From contig CAYQWX010000006.1 in NCBI GenBank assembly GCA_964421355.1, positions 1 to 61,321 on the forward strand: a stretch of 61,321 bases of DNA, read 5' to 3'. This stretch comes from an uncultured Bacteroidales bacterium. Its GTDB lineage: Bacteria > Bacteroidota > Bacteroidia > Bacteroidales > JALTDM01. The position numbers and the translations under genes were made by a program. Each line of letters opens with the position of its first letter. The first letter of the stretch is position 1. The notes below the pieces were generated by a model that was given only the letters and a program-made list of their open reading frames with translations, ran no database searches and had not been told where the DNA came from. Below, piece after piece: positions 10,129 to 20,687 of the stretch.

Positions 10129-11112
10129 TTGAACAATTCTATAACAGATAAAGCCCGCAAGTTACTAAAGTTATTAAATATCAAAACCAGAGGAGACTTG
10201 CTGGCTTTTTTTATTTCACTATTTATTGCCACAGTCTTATGGTTTCTTATAGTGTTAAATGACACATACACAACAAACATCTCATATCCAATAGCATATA
10301 AAAATATCCCTAAAAATAAAACCATAAGCAATGAGCTTCCAAAAAGAATAACATTAACTATACAAGGAAATGGTTTTGACCTAATAACATACCAACTTAA
10401 CAAATTTCTTTTCCCATATGTAGTAAATATACAAAAATTGACAACTGAGCAAAAATCAAACCGAATAGTATTACAAACAAATAATATCCTCCCAAGTTTA
10501 ACTAAAAAATTTAAAGCATCCGTAAAAATAACCAACATCTCACCATCAGAAATATACATAGATCTAAGTAATATAATTAGAAAAAAACTCCCTGTGAAAT
10601 CATATTTTACCTATACACTTGCTCACCAATATGTATTAGACGGAAAAATAAAAATTTCACCTAAAAAGATAACAGTAACAGGTCCAGAAACAATAATAGA
10701 TACATTACATTACATTGAAACAGAACACTTTGATTTTGGAAAAATAAACAAAGTAATAAAACGGACTATCCCAATAAAAAAATACTCTAAAATCAAAACA
10801 GATACCAAATATGTAACAGTATATATACCCGCATACAAATACACTGAAAACTCTCTCCAAATACCAATAATATTAGAAAATAAACCCGATACCATAAAAG
10901 CTAAACTTATTCCACAAAAAGTAACTGTCAAATACAAAGTAGCATTAAAAAATTACAAAAAAGTAAAACCTGAAAACTTCATAATATTAGCAGATTTTAA
11001 CAACTTAGAAAACGGAAATAATACATTAAAACTCTATTTACGCAAAAAATCCAGATATGCCTTTGACATAAGCATATATCCCCAAAAAGTTAAGGTATAT
11101 ATAGTAGAATAA
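10129..11112 (+). CDS. YbbR/CdaR-like domain protein
   Basis: N-terminal TM helix (LWFL), repeated P-x-x-V/I-x-V-x-G beta domains, and position between yajC and coaE. The TTG start is uncertain. Confidence 0.8.
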   Translation: MNNSITDKARKLLKLLNIKTRGDLLAFFISLFIATVLWFLIVLNDTYTTNISYPIAYKNIPKNKTISNELPKRITLTIQGNGFDLITYQLNKFLFPYVVNIQKLTTEQKSNRIVLQTNNILPSLTKKFKASVKITNISPSEIYIDLSNIIRKKLPVKSYFTYTLAHQYVLDGKIKISPKKITVTGPETIIDTLHYIETEHFDFGKINKVIKRTIPIKKYSKIKTDTKYVTVYIPAYKYTENSLQIPIILENKPDTIKAKLIPQKVTVKYKVALKNYKKVKPENFIILADFNNLENGNNTLKLYLRKKSRYAFDISIYPQKVKVYIVE

Positions 11113-11124
11113 CACACACCAATA

Positions 11125-11715
11125 ATGATAAAAGTCGGACTTACAGGAGGAATAGGAACTGGAAAAAGTTATATAAGCAACATATTTACACACCTATATA
11201 TACCTATATACAACTCAGATACAAGAGCTAAAAAATTAATGTTGGAAAACATCAAAATAAAAAATGAACTTATCAAACTTTTGGGAGCCAAGACATACAT
11301 CAATGGACAGTTAAATAAAAAATGGATAGCTTCACAGATATTTACCAATCCTTCATTAAAAAAACAAATAGAACAAATAATCCACCCCGAAGTAAAAAAA
11401 GACTTTGAGCAATGGTTAAACACACATCACACACACAAAATAATAGTAAAAGAAACGGCACTACTTATAGAAAGCGGTACATACAAAGATATGGACAAAG
11501 TAATATTAGTTACAGCTCCATCGGGAATACGCATAAAACGAATAATGCAAAGGGATAATATTACACAAGAAGAAGCAATAAAAAGAATAAAAGCCCAACT
11601 TCCCGATAATGAAAAACTAAAATTTGCAGATTTTGTAATTGAAAATGACGAAAAAAAACTACTTTTGCCACAAGTAATCAAAATACTACAAAATATTTGT
11701 CCCGATGTCTTATAA
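11125..11715 (+). CDS. coaE: Dephospho-CoA kinase
   Basis: [12 protein letters not shown]alker [15 protein letters not shown]. Confidence 0.97.
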   Translation: MIKVGLTGGIGTGKSYISNIFTHLYIPIYNSDTRAKKLMLENIKIKNELIKLLGAKTYINGQLNKKWIASQIFTNPSLKKQIEQIIHPEVKKDFEQWLNTHHTHKIIVKETALLIESGTYKDMDKVILVTAPSGIRIKRIMQRDNITQEEAIKRIKAQLPDNEKLKFADFVIENDEKKLLLPQVIKILQNICPDVL

Positions 11716-12424
11716 AAAATGGGTAGGGTTAGGTCTTGGCTGGTTATTTTTTGGTCCCATAGGTGGCTTATTAGGTTTTGCTGTCGGTAGCATATTTGAC
11801 ACTGACCCCAACAACCCTAAAATATCAAAACAACAAGCACGCCAAGGAGAATTCATTGCATCATTACTTGTATTAATTGCTTCAGTAATGAAAGCTGACG
11901 GAAAAGTACTACGCTCAGAACTCGATTTTGTGAAAAATTTCTTAATAGATAATTTCGGAGAAGAAAATGCAAAAAGATATTTGTTAACCTTACGAGAAAT
12001 TCTAAAAAAGGACTTTTCTGTCAATCAAGTAACCGAAGAAATAAAAACACATCTCAATTATAGTTCGCGACTACAATTAATTCACTTTCTATTTGGGCTT
12101 GCAAATGCTGACGGACAAATAGACCCAAGAGAATATGACTTGATAAAACAAATATCTTTCTTACTGGGAATACATACCACAGACTTTGATTCCATTAAAT
12201 CTATGTTTATTGTAGTTGATAATACCACACCATATAAGATTTTGGGAATTTCTCCAGATGCTTCAGACGAAGAGGTGAAAAAAGCATACCGAAAAATGGC
12301 AATGAAATTCCATCCTGACAAAGTTTCTTTTTTAGATGAAAAAGCCAAAAAAGCCGCAGAAGAAAAATTCAAAAAAATAAATGAAGCATACCACCAAATC
12401 AAAAAAATGCGTGGTATAGCATAA
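11705..12424 (+). CDS. djlA: DjlA-like co-chaperone (TM anchor, TerB-like domain, J domain)
   Basis: Gly-rich TM segment; VMKADG and ANADG TerB-like motifs; C-terminal J domain with HPD. Confidence 0.9.
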   Translation: MSYKKWVGLGLGWLFFGPIGGLLGFAVGSIFDTDPNNPKISKQQARQGEFIASLLVLIASVMKADGKVLRSELDFVKNFLIDNFGEENAKRYLLTLREILKKDFSVNQVTEEIKTHLNYSSRLQLIHFLFGLANADGQIDPREYDLIKQISFLLGIHTTDFDSIKSMFIVVDNTTPYKILGISPDASDEEVKKAYRKMAMKFHPDKVSFLDEKAKKAAEEKFKKINEAYHQIKKMRGIA

Positions 12425-12438
12425 TAAAAAACAAAAAA

Positions 12439-13122
12439 ATGAAACTTATTGTAATAGAAGGTCTTGACGGCTCGGGAAAAACAACACAAATAGAAAAAAT
12501 AAAAAAATATCTTTCTACAAAAAATATAAAAACAAAATACATTCATTTTCCTGATTACAACTCTCCTGTATATGGAGAACTCATTTCCCGTTTTTTGCGT
12601 GGAGAGCTGGGAAGCATAAATGAAGTTAATCCATACCTTGTAGCTTTACTATATGCAGGTGACAGAAATAATGCAAAAGAAAAAATAAATAATTGGTTGC
12701 AACAAGACTATGTAGTATTAGCCGACAGATATGTATATTCCAACATAGCATATCAAGGCACAAAATTACACACTGACAAAGAAAAAGAAGATTTTATTCA
12801 ATGGGTATTAGACACAGAATACAATAAATTTCAAATCCCAAAACCTGACCTTAATCTGTATCTTGATGTACCATTTTCTTTTATAAAACAAAATTTGAAA
12901 CAAAGAAGAGAAAACGAAAACAGGGAATACCTAAAAGGAAAAAAAGACATACATGAAGATGATTTTTCTTTTCAAGAAAATGTTTACAAAATGTATAAAT
13001 ACACAATAAAACACTTCTCTGACTTTATTGCCATAAAATGTTATGATTCGGAAAAAAACATATTGCCTGTAGAAAAAATCTCTAATCAAATAATAGAAAA
13101 AATACAACAAATATTACCTTAA
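12439..13122 (+). CDS. tmk: Thymidylate kinase
   Basis: IEGLDGSGKTT P-loop; LYAGDR; ADRYVYSNIAYQ; PKPDL. Confidence 0.93.
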   Translation: MKLIVIEGLDGSGKTTQIEKIKKYLSTKNIKTKYIHFPDYNSPVYGELISRFLRGELGSINEVNPYLVALLYAGDRNNAKEKINNWLQQDYVVLADRYVYSNIAYQGTKLHTDKEKEDFIQWVLDTEYNKFQIPKPDLNLYLDVPFSFIKQNLKQRRENENREYLKGKKDIHEDDFSFQENVYKMYKYTIKHFSDFIAIKCYDSEKNILPVEKISNQIIEKIQQILP

Positions 13123-13129
13123 AATCACT

Positions 13130-13909
13130 ATGAAAAATATCATAGAAGATATTTCTTCTCAATTACTACAAATAGCAAGTGACAGAGTTTCCGGCTCAAC
13201 TCAGATGCTACAAAATTTAGTAACAATTATAGAACAAACTTTATCGCAAAATATTGACATTAAAATATTCAAAAAAGAACTTGAAAACATTACAACTACT
13301 CAACATCAATTTACTAATCTTTATATAATTACAAACAAAATATTAAACAACATAAACAACAACACTTCTATAAAAAAAATTATAACTGAAATAAAAGAAT
13401 ATTATAATACGCTTGCTCATACACATTATATTAAATTAAGACCATATTTACCAGACAAAAACCTAATAACAATACTAACTCATAGCAACAGCTCGTCCGT
13501 AAAATCACTGTTGTTGAAATTGAAAAATGAGAAAAACTTGCAAATAATTCAACCCATATCATATCCAGGTGAAGAAGGTCTTGTGCAAGCAAAATTTCTA
13601 AAAGAAAACAGTATAAATGTTACCATTATAGATGATGCAGCAATACCATTTTTTGCAAAACAAAGCGATATTGCCATAATAGGCTGTGATACCATCGGGA
13701 AAGACTTCTTTGTAAACAAAGTCGGTTCTTTTTCTACTGCACTATCAGCACAATATTACAATATTCCTCTCATCGTGTTAGGTGATAAATACAAACAAAA
13801 CAATAACTTTGAAGAACAACTTAACACTATTAAAAACCATAACATTACAAAAAAGGAAATTATTTTAGAAAAAGTTCCAATTAGACTTGCAACTAAAATA
13901 ATATCATAA
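13130..13909 (+). CDS. eIF-2B alpha/beta/delta-family (IF-2B) protein
   Basis: DRVSGS N-terminal motif, ILTHSNSSSV, SYPGEEG, VTIIDDAAI, IIGCD, VNKVGS and ALSA-x-YYNIP, all characteristic of the IF-2B/MtnA/R15P-isomerase fold. Confidence 0.85.
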   Translation: MKNIIEDISSQLLQIASDRVSGSTQMLQNLVTIIEQTLSQNIDIKIFKKELENITTTQHQFTNLYIITNKILNNINNNTSIKKIITEIKEYYNTLAHTHYIKLRPYLPDKNLITILTHSNSSSVKSLLLKLKNEKNLQIIQPISYPGEEGLVQAKFLKENSINVTIIDDAAIPFFAKQSDIAIIGCDTIGKDFFVNKVGSFSTALSAQYYNIPLIVLGDKYKQNNNFEEQLNTIKNHNITKKEIILEKVPIRLATKIIS

Positions 13910-14011
13910 CGACCAAAAATATACTACGTTATCGTAAAACCTAAAAGCCATTGTAATATAAGTTACAACAAATAATTGGAATAAAACAATTGAGATTTAT
14001 CGGAATTTTCG

Positions 14012-14019
14012 TATTTTTG
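14012..14019 (+). promoter_or_regulatory. -7 promoter element
   Basis: TATTTTTG upstream of the ORF at 14136. Confidence 0.45.
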
Positions 14020-14135
14020 CTAAAAATAAAAACTATCAAAAATAAGTAGACATAAAAACCTGTTTCAACAAACTAATACAGCAAGTGAAAGAATTAGTAT
14101 CACACACTGATTATAAACCTTAAAATCAACATATT

Positions 14136-14759
14136 ATGAAAACTAAAATTATTTATTCGTTGGTGTTTTTAGTATTTTTATCATATCAATCGTTTTCACA
14201 AGATAATAATAAAAAACTACAAGTTAAGTGGGGCATAAGTTCCACTTACATAAACGAATTGAAAATGAATAATGTATTGGAAAATAATGAATTGAAAACT
14301 ACAGGACACTTAACAGAGGGGGTCGCCATACTATTTAAGTACCCTGTATCGGAAAAATTATCCGTATTTTTTCTTCCCACATTGGAATCCAATATAAAGA
14401 ATACCTTACATATTTTCTCATTTGGTGCAGGAATAAATTACAAATTGTTTAATGACATAGATGCAGGCTTGTTTTATACTTACCAAATTTTAAGCTACTC
14501 CTACTTAAAAACCAAATCTGATTTAGATGCCAATAATATGAAAAATGCTACAACTTCGGTAATTTCTTTATACAACAGTGCACATATATTAGGTGTAGAT
14601 TTAATGTGGCATGATTTTTTGATTAAAAATGCTTCAATGATATTGCAACCAGGATTTGTAATTGTTCCTTCGGTATGGAAGTCGGAGTATTACTTTACAA
14701 GAAATTTCCCGAAAGAGCAATATCTTAGCATTAGATTAGTTTTGCATTATGCTCTGTAA
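14136..14759 (+). CDS. Hypothetical exported protein, probable small outer-membrane beta-barrel
   Basis: Signal peptide ending SFSQ; amphipathic beta-strand pattern (FSFGAGINYKLF); aromatic residue near the C-terminus. Confidence 0.6.
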   Translation: MKTKIIYSLVFLVFLSYQSFSQDNNKKLQVKWGISSTYINELKMNNVLENNELKTTGHLTEGVAILFKYPVSEKLSVFFLPTLESNIKNTLHIFSFGAGINYKLFNDIDAGLFYTYQILSYSYLKTKSDLDANNMKNATTSVISLYNSAHILGVDLMWHDFLIKNASMILQPGFVIVPSVWKSEYYFTRNFPKEQYLSIRLVLHYAL

Positions 14760-14951
14760 TTTTTAATAAATTACATTTGAAAAGATTTTTTAAAGCAAAA
14801 TTTCTTTTAATAAAACAATCCCAGTTTTGTATATCCTATTTATTATCAGATAATTAAATCGTGATTTATTTAGAACATAGATTCATTATTTGCACATAAC
14901 ATAATATCAAAAAAGTCTTCAACCCCGTCTAAATTATCAATATTAGATTAT

Positions 14952-15001
14952 AAAAAAGCCCCTTTTGCTTTCTATACAAATAAAGAAAAACAAAAGGAGC
15001 T
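14952..15001 (-). terminator. Possible terminator of nrdJ
   Basis: Imperfect stem CCTTTTG / CAAAAGG with an A-run on the plus strand. Confidence 0.4.
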
Positions 15002-15023
15002 ATAAAACCTATTTTTTATCAAA

Positions 15024-17627
15024 TCATCCACATTTGGAATATCCGCAATCTACACATACCAAACAACCTTCTTGATATATCAAGTTTTCGGAACCACACA
15101 TAGGACAAGTATTACCTTTTTCAGCCTTTGTGCCATCAGGGATATAACGTTTCAAAGCACGCTCTACTCCACTCTTCCAACTATTTATACTTTCATTATC
15201 AAACCACAATCCCTTGACCAGATTCACCACATCTACTATCGGCATTCCTTGACGAAGCATAAAGGAAATGATTTTTGCATAATTCCAAAATTCAGGATCA
15301 AACACCCTAGATAATCCCTCAAAGGTAGTCTTGTATCCATGCTTATCTATATATTGAAAATCATAGCGTTTCTTACCATCTTCATCTATATTTTTTATAA
15401 TATAACCTTTTTTTACTTTTTTGGGAATTATGAGTACATCTTCATCTTCTTTACCTGTAAAAATTTCATAAGGTTTGTCATCAATCTTTCCAATAAATGC
15501 AATCCAATTTTCATCTCCATTCTTAAACCTTATTACATCCGCTTCAAGTTTTTTCGGTCTTTTTGACGGAAAAATATTTTTTTCTTTAGTTTCTTGCTTT
15601 TCTTCTTCCTTTTTCTTTTTATCATCTTTGGCAGATACCAACACACCGTCTCTGGAACCATCTCTATATACAGTAATTCCCTTGCACCCACTCTTCCACG
15701 CTTCTTCATATAATTTTCCAACCAAATCAACTGGCACATCATTAGGTAAGTTAATAGTAACACTTATAGAATGATCTACCCACTTTTGTATTCTACCTTG
15801 CATTCTCACTTTGTTTATCCAATCTACATCCGCACTTGTTGCTTTATAATAAGGTGATTTCTTTATCAAATTTTCAAGTTCTTTATCGTCCATTTGTTTC
15901 ACCTTTTCCACATCATATCCATTAGCTTCAAGCCATGTAAGAAACTTATGATGAAACACAACATATTCTTCAAAAGCATCACCAACCTCATCTACATAAG
16001 ATATTTTCACATTTTTATCATTTGGGTTTACTTTTCTTCTTCTTTTATAATAGATTAAAAATACGGGTTCTATTCCCGATGTTGTTTGGGACAATATACT
16101 GGTAGAGCCAGTAGGCGCTATAGTTAATAGAGAAATATTACGCCTACCATATTTTTTCATTTCTGCTGCCAAATCTTTATCGGCTTCAAAAAGTCTATTC
16201 AAAAATGGATTATTTTTTTCTCTATTATAATCATATATGGGAAATGCTCCTCTTTCTTTTGCCATTTCTACAGAAGCACGATAAGCCTCTATAGCTACGG
16301 TTTTATGTATTTCTTCCGAAAACTCTATTGCTTCTTCACTACCGTAGCGTAATCCCAATGCAGCCAACATATCTCCTTCGGCAGTAATACCAAGTCCTGT
16401 TCTTCTTCCTTTTAATGCCTTGTCCCGTATCTTTAACCAAAGATTACGTTCTACTCTTTTTATTTCTTCATCCTCAGGATCAGCATCTATTTTAGCAAGT
16501 ATTTTATCTATTTTTTCTATTTCCAAATCTATAATATCATCCATCATCCTTTCTGCCCGCCTTACATAAGCGTGAAATTTTTCGAAATTGAATTTTGCAT
16601 CTTTGGTAAAAGGATTATCTACAAAACCATAAAGATTTATTGCCAACAAACGACAACTATCATAAGGGCAAAGAGGTATTTCTCCACAAGGATTAGTAGA
16701 TACTGTCTTAAATCCCAAGTCGGCATAACTATCGGCAACTGATTCTTTTGTTATTGTATCCCAAAATAAAATACCAGGCTCAGCTGACTTCCAGGCATTG
16801 TAAATAATCTTTTGCCACAATTTGCGTGCATTTATTTTTTTTGTATAAGTTGGATTTTTACTATCAATCGGATATTGTTGAATATATTCTTCGTCATTTA
16901 TTACGGCATGCATAAATTCATCATCTATTTTCACAGAAATATTTGCACCCGTAACTTTTGTCCCATCCAGTTTTGCATCTATAAAAGCTTCGGAATCAGG
17001 ATGTTTAATTGATATACTTAACATCAAAGCTCCTCTCCTGCCATCTTGTGCAACTTCTCTTGTAGAATTAGAATACCTTTCCATAAAAGGGACAACACCT
17101 GTTGAAGTTAAAGCAGAATTGTTTACAGGACTACCTTTAGGTCTAATATGAGATAAGTCATGTCCTACTCCTCCCCTACGCTTCATTAACTGCACTTGCT
17201 CTTCATCCATACGAATAATACCACCATAAGAATCTGCAGGCTTTTCATGACCTATTACAAAGCAGTTGGATAACGATGTAACTTGAAAATCATTACCTAT
17301 TCCTGCCATAGGACTTCCTTGCGGAATAATGTAACGAAAATGGTCTATTGCTTCAAAAATCTCTTCTTCAGACATAGGATTAGGATACTTCTTTTCTATA
17401 CGGTGAAGTTCTTTTGCAATCCTACGGTGCATATCTTCTGGTGTTTTTTCATAAATATTGCCAAAAGAATCTTTTAGTGCATACTTATTTACAAACACAA
17501 TAGCTGCTAATTCATCTCCATTAAAATACTCAGTAGAAGCAGCCACAGCTTCTTCAAACGAATAAATTTTTCTTTTGCTTTCTTTTTTCATTTTTTGTTC
17601 TGAATCTTTTAACATAGTCATATCCAT
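15024..17627 (-). CDS. nrdJ: Adenosylcobalamin-dependent (class II) ribonucleotide reductase
   Basis: SLSNCFV, TNPCGEIPL, GRRTGLG, TIAPTG, DHSISVTINLP, KGITVYRDGSR; C-terminal CPMC...CVDC Zn ribbon and terminal KCG; no ATP-cone. Confidence 0.96.
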   Translation of the reverse strand: MDMTMLKDSEQKMKKESKRKIYSFEEAVAASTEYFNGDELAAIVFVNKYALKDSFGNIYEKTPEDMHRRIAKELHRIEKKYPNPMSEEEIFEAIDHFRYIIPQGSPMAGIGNDFQVTSLSNCFVIGHEKPADSYGGIIRMDEEQVQLMKRRGGVGHDLSHIRPKGSPVNNSALTSTGVVPFMERYSNSTREVAQDGRRGALMLSISIKHPDSEAFIDAKLDGTKVTGANISVKIDDEFMHAVINDEEYIQQYPIDSKNPTYTKKINARKLWQKIIYNAWKSAEPGILFWDTITKESVADSYADLGFKTVSTNPCGEIPLCPYDSCRLLAINLYGFVDNPFTKDAKFNFEKFHAYVRRAERMMDDIIDLEIEKIDKILAKIDADPEDEEIKRVERNLWLKIRDKALKGRRTGLGITAEGDMLAALGLRYGSEEAIEFSEEIHKTVAIEAYRASVEMAKERGAFPIYDYNREKNNPFLNRLFEADKDLAAEMKKYGRRNISLLTIAPTGSTSILSQTTSGIEPVFLIYYKRRRKVNPNDKNVKISYVDEVGDAFEEYVVFHHKFLTWLEANGYDVEKVKQMDDKELENLIKKSPYYKATSADVDWINKVRMQGRIQKWVDHSISVTINLPNDVPVDLVGKLYEEAWKSGCKGITVYRDGSRDGVLVSAKDDKKKKEEEKQETKEKNIFPSKRPKKLEADVIRFKNGDENWIAFIGKIDDKPYEIFTGKEDEDVLIIPKKVKKGYIIKNIDEDGKKRYDFQYIDKHGYKTTFEGLSRVFDPEFWNYAKIISFMLRQGMPIVDVVNLVKGLWFDNESINSWKSGVERALKRYIPDGTKAEKGNTCPMCGSENLIYQEGCLVCVDCGYSKCG

Positions 17628-18072
17628 AATGTATAATATTTTATTATTTAATAAGTTAGAATCAAATTACCATAACATTTTTTGCTATGCAAATATCATT
17701 TTTTCAATTTTATTACCCAAAAAAAGTTATGCACATAATATTAACATTTCCACTTGGTATATAACTATATCTATAGTGTTAATCAACAACTTAGATATAG
17801 CATAATTAGGATTTATAGATAAAAAAATATAATTTTATTTTCACACATACAGTATAAAGGATGTACCAACTATTGTAAATACAAAAAAGGCTTTGTAATT
17901 TCAAGGTAAGCATATCTAAATTTTATAATATTCCTCTCATAAATAACTTTCAACACAACCATAAAACAATGATTATCAACAACTCAATTTATTTTAAGAT
18001 ATATTTAGTACATATTTGATTTAGTTTTAACATACAAGAACAAGACAAAACACAATAATACATAATTTTTAA

Positions 18073-18080
18073 TACCTTTG
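18073..18080 (+). promoter_or_regulatory. -7 promoter element
   Basis: TACCTTTG, which supports the ATG at 18110 rather than the GTG at 18080. Confidence 0.6.
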
Positions 18081-18109
18081 TGTTTCCTTATTTGATAATT
18101 TTTTTATTG

Positions 18110-19000
18110 ATGGATATTATACATTATAATGAGTGTCCTTTTTGTGCTTCAAGCAATATTAAAAAAATCTTTGCATGTAAAGATTTTTTAGTAAAAGGTT
18201 CATTTTTTGACATTTACAAATGTGATAACTGTGGATTCCGTTTTACACAAGATATTCCGAGCTTGGAAAAGATAGGAGAATATTACAAATCGGAAGCCTA
18301 TGTATCACACAGCGATTCTAAAAAGGGAATACTGAACAAACTTTATCATATTGCCAGAAACTATATGCTGGGAAGAAAATTTTCTCACATAAAATCAGTA
18401 ACAGGTAAAAATAGTGGCAAAGTATTGGATATAGGTGCAGGAACCGGATATTTTGTAAATTATATGAAAGAAAAAGGGTTTTCACCTGAAGGTGTAGAAC
18501 TCGACGAAGATGCAAGAAAAGTGGCAAAAAATAATTTCGGGATAGAATTAAAACCAATACATAATATTTACAACCTTCCCGAAAAAGAATTTGACATTAT
18601 TACAATGTGGCATGTATTAGAACACATTCACGACTTAGATGGTTATATGAAAAGTATAAACCATACACTTAAAGAGGACGGATGGTTTGTTTGTGCCTTG
18701 CCAAATTTCACTTCTTATGATGCGGCTCATTATGGAAAACATTGGGCGGCATACGATGTGCCAAGACATTTATGGCATTTTTCTCCGGACTTTTTTATGC
18801 AATTTGCAGCACATTACGGTTTTGAAGTAATAACCATGCGTGCTATGCCATTAGATGCGGTATATATATCTTTGTTAAGTCAAAAAATAGAAGGAAAAAG
18901 TATTATTGCAGGATTTCTAAAAGGTGGAATATTCTTTTTGAAATCTTTGTTTAATACAAAAAGAGCAAGTTCCATAATTTATTTTTTGAAAAAGGCATGA
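18110..19000 (+). CDS. Class I SAM-dependent methyltransferase with N-terminal Zn-binding motif
   Basis: CPFC and CDNC pairs; VLDIGAGTG motif I; FDIITMWHVLEH; YDVPRHLWHF. Confidence 0.9.
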   Translation: MDIIHYNECPFCASSNIKKIFACKDFLVKGSFFDIYKCDNCGFRFTQDIPSLEKIGEYYKSEAYVSHSDSKKGILNKLYHIARNYMLGRKFSHIKSVTGKNSGKVLDIGAGTGYFVNYMKEKGFSPEGVELDEDARKVAKNNFGIELKPIHNIYNLPEKEFDIITMWHVLEHIHDLDGYMKSINHTLKEDGWFVCALPNFTSYDAAHYGKHWAAYDVPRHLWHFSPDFFMQFAAHYGFEVITMRAMPLDAVYISLLSQKIEGKSIIAGFLKGGIFFLKSLFNTKRASSIIYFLKKA

Positions 19001-19578
19001 AATATTTAATAGTCGGATTAGGAAACATAGGTAAAGAATACGAACATACCCGCCATAATATAGGTTTTGAGGTAGTAGATTATATAGCTAACAAATTTGA
19101 TAAGCAATTTGAGTTATCACGATTAGCATATACAACTAATGTACGTTATGCAGGAAAATCAATTTTACTTATCAAACCCACCACTTATGTAAATTTAAGT
19201 GGCAAAGCGGTAAAATATTGGCTATCGGTAGAAAAAATACCTTTAAGTAATCTACTGATTATAGTAGATGATATTGCCTTTCCATTTGGGACAATACGCT
19301 TAAAGCCCAAAGGCAGTAATGGTGGACACAACGGATTGGCGGATATAGAAAAATCACTTGGCACAAGTCAATATGCCAGAATAAGATTTGGTATAGGAAA
19401 CAATTTCCCATTTGGCAAACAAGTAGAATATGTTTTGGGAAAATGGACTAATGAAGAAGAAATGGAACTCCCTACTTTAATAGAATATGCCGGAAATATG
19501 GCACTAGATTTCGTAAAAATAGGACTACAAAACACAATGAATAAATACAATAAAAAAATTAAGAATGAAAAAGAATAA
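18997..19578 (+). CDS. pth: Peptidyl-tRNA hydrolase
   Basis: VGLGN, TRHNIGF, KPTTYVNLSG and GGHNGL motifs. Confidence 0.98.
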   Translation: MKYLIVGLGNIGKEYEHTRHNIGFEVVDYIANKFDKQFELSRLAYTTNVRYAGKSILLIKPTTYVNLSGKAVKYWLSVEKIPLSNLLIIVDDIAFPFGTIRLKPKGSNGGHNGLADIEKSLGTSQYARIRFGIGNNFPFGKQVEYVLGKWTNEEEMELPTLIEYAGNMALDFVKIGLQNTMNKYNKKIKNEKE

Positions 19579-20683
19579 TTTTAGAATAGCATTACTGCTA
19601 TTAGCAGTATGGGTAATTGTTTTGTCTTCTTGTTCCTTGTTAAAGAAAAACACAGAACAAAAAGAGTCACAAAGTGTATCTCAAGATACAATAACCATAG
19701 AAGGGAAATTACAAACAAGAGAAAATGCCGATTATAAAATAATGTTTTACAATTGCGAAAATCTTTTTGACACAAAAAACGACTCGGTAAAACTTGATGA
19801 TGAATTTACCCCAAGCGGTAAAAAACATTGGACATGGTCTAGATACCAACACAAAATAAATAATATTGCAAAAGTTATAATTGCAGTAGGTGGATATAAT
19901 CCTCCTGATATAGTTGGATTGTGTGAAATAGAAAACAGATATGTGCTAAATGGACTAACACATTACACACCTCTAAAAAAAGTAGGTTATAAAATTATTC
20001 ATAAAGAATCTCCCGATAGACGTGGTATAGATGTTGCAATGTTATATGTACCTGAACATTTTAAACCAATAAAAGTTACTTTTTACCGAGTTGATTTTCC
20101 TTTTGCTCCTAATTCCAGAACAAGAGATGTTTTATATGTAAAAGGCATAATGGGAAACACAGATACTTTACATATCTTTGTAAACCACTGGCCTTCTAAA
20201 TGGGGAGGACAAAAAGAAACGGAACCAAAACGTATTTTTGTAGGAAAACTTGTAAGAAGCAAGGTAGATTCCATATTTAAAACAAATAAAGAAGCAAATA
20301 TAATACTTATAGGAGACTTGAATGATTCACCGGAAGATGTAAGCGTTCAAAAAGGATTGGGAGCAAAACACAACTTTAAACACATCAAAGACGATGAAAT
20401 ATATGACTTATCTTATTATTTGATGTTAAAAGGAGAAGGTAGCCACAAATACCATGGTCAATGGGACATAATAGACCACATAATAATATCAGGAACTTTG
20501 ATAAACAAAAAGAATAAAATATATTCTAATTACACGGATGCACACATATTTAAAGCTCCGTTTTTATTAGAAGATGATGAAAAATATACAGGTAAAAAAC
20601 CATTTAGAACTTATATAGGATATAAATATAATGGAGGGTTCAGTGATCACCTTCCTGTATATTTAAATTTGTATAAAAAATAA
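19565..20683 (+). CDS. Endonuclease/exonuclease/phosphatase family lipoprotein (putative extracellular nuclease)
   Basis: Lipobox LSSC; FYNCENLFD, GLCEIEN, NHWPS, GDLND and FSDHLPV motifs. Confidence 0.9.
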   Translation: MKKNNFRIALLLLAVWVIVLSSCSLLKKNTEQKESQSVSQDTITIEGKLQTRENADYKIMFYNCENLFDTKNDSVKLDDEFTPSGKKHWTWSRYQHKINNIAKVIIAVGGYNPPDIVGLCEIENRYVLNGLTHYTPLKKVGYKIIHKESPDRRGIDVAMLYVPEHFKPIKVTFYRVDFPFAPNSRTRDVLYVKGIMGNTDTLHIFVNHWPSKWGGQKETEPKRIFVGKLVRSKVDSIFKTNKEANIILIGDLNDSPEDVSVQKGLGAKHNFKHIKDDEIYDLSYYLMLKGEGSHKYHGQWDIIDHIIISGTLINKKNKIYSNYTDAHIFKAPFLLEDDEKYTGKKPFRTYIGYKYNGGFSDHLPVYLNLYKK

Positions 20684-20687
20684 ATTT

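Noticed and set aside
15024..17627. Intein or intron in nrdJ
   Set aside because: The ORF is continuous and of normal length, the TNPCGE region is uninterrupted, and no splicing or homing-endonuclease motifs are visible.
17619..17646. dif-like core CATAATGTATA
   Set aside because: It overlaps the nrdJ start codon and the right arm matches TTATGTTAAAT poorly.
17628..18109. Cobalamin riboswitch upstream of the B12-dependent RNR
   Set aside because: The region is extremely AT-rich and lacks the B12-box and the GC-rich stems.
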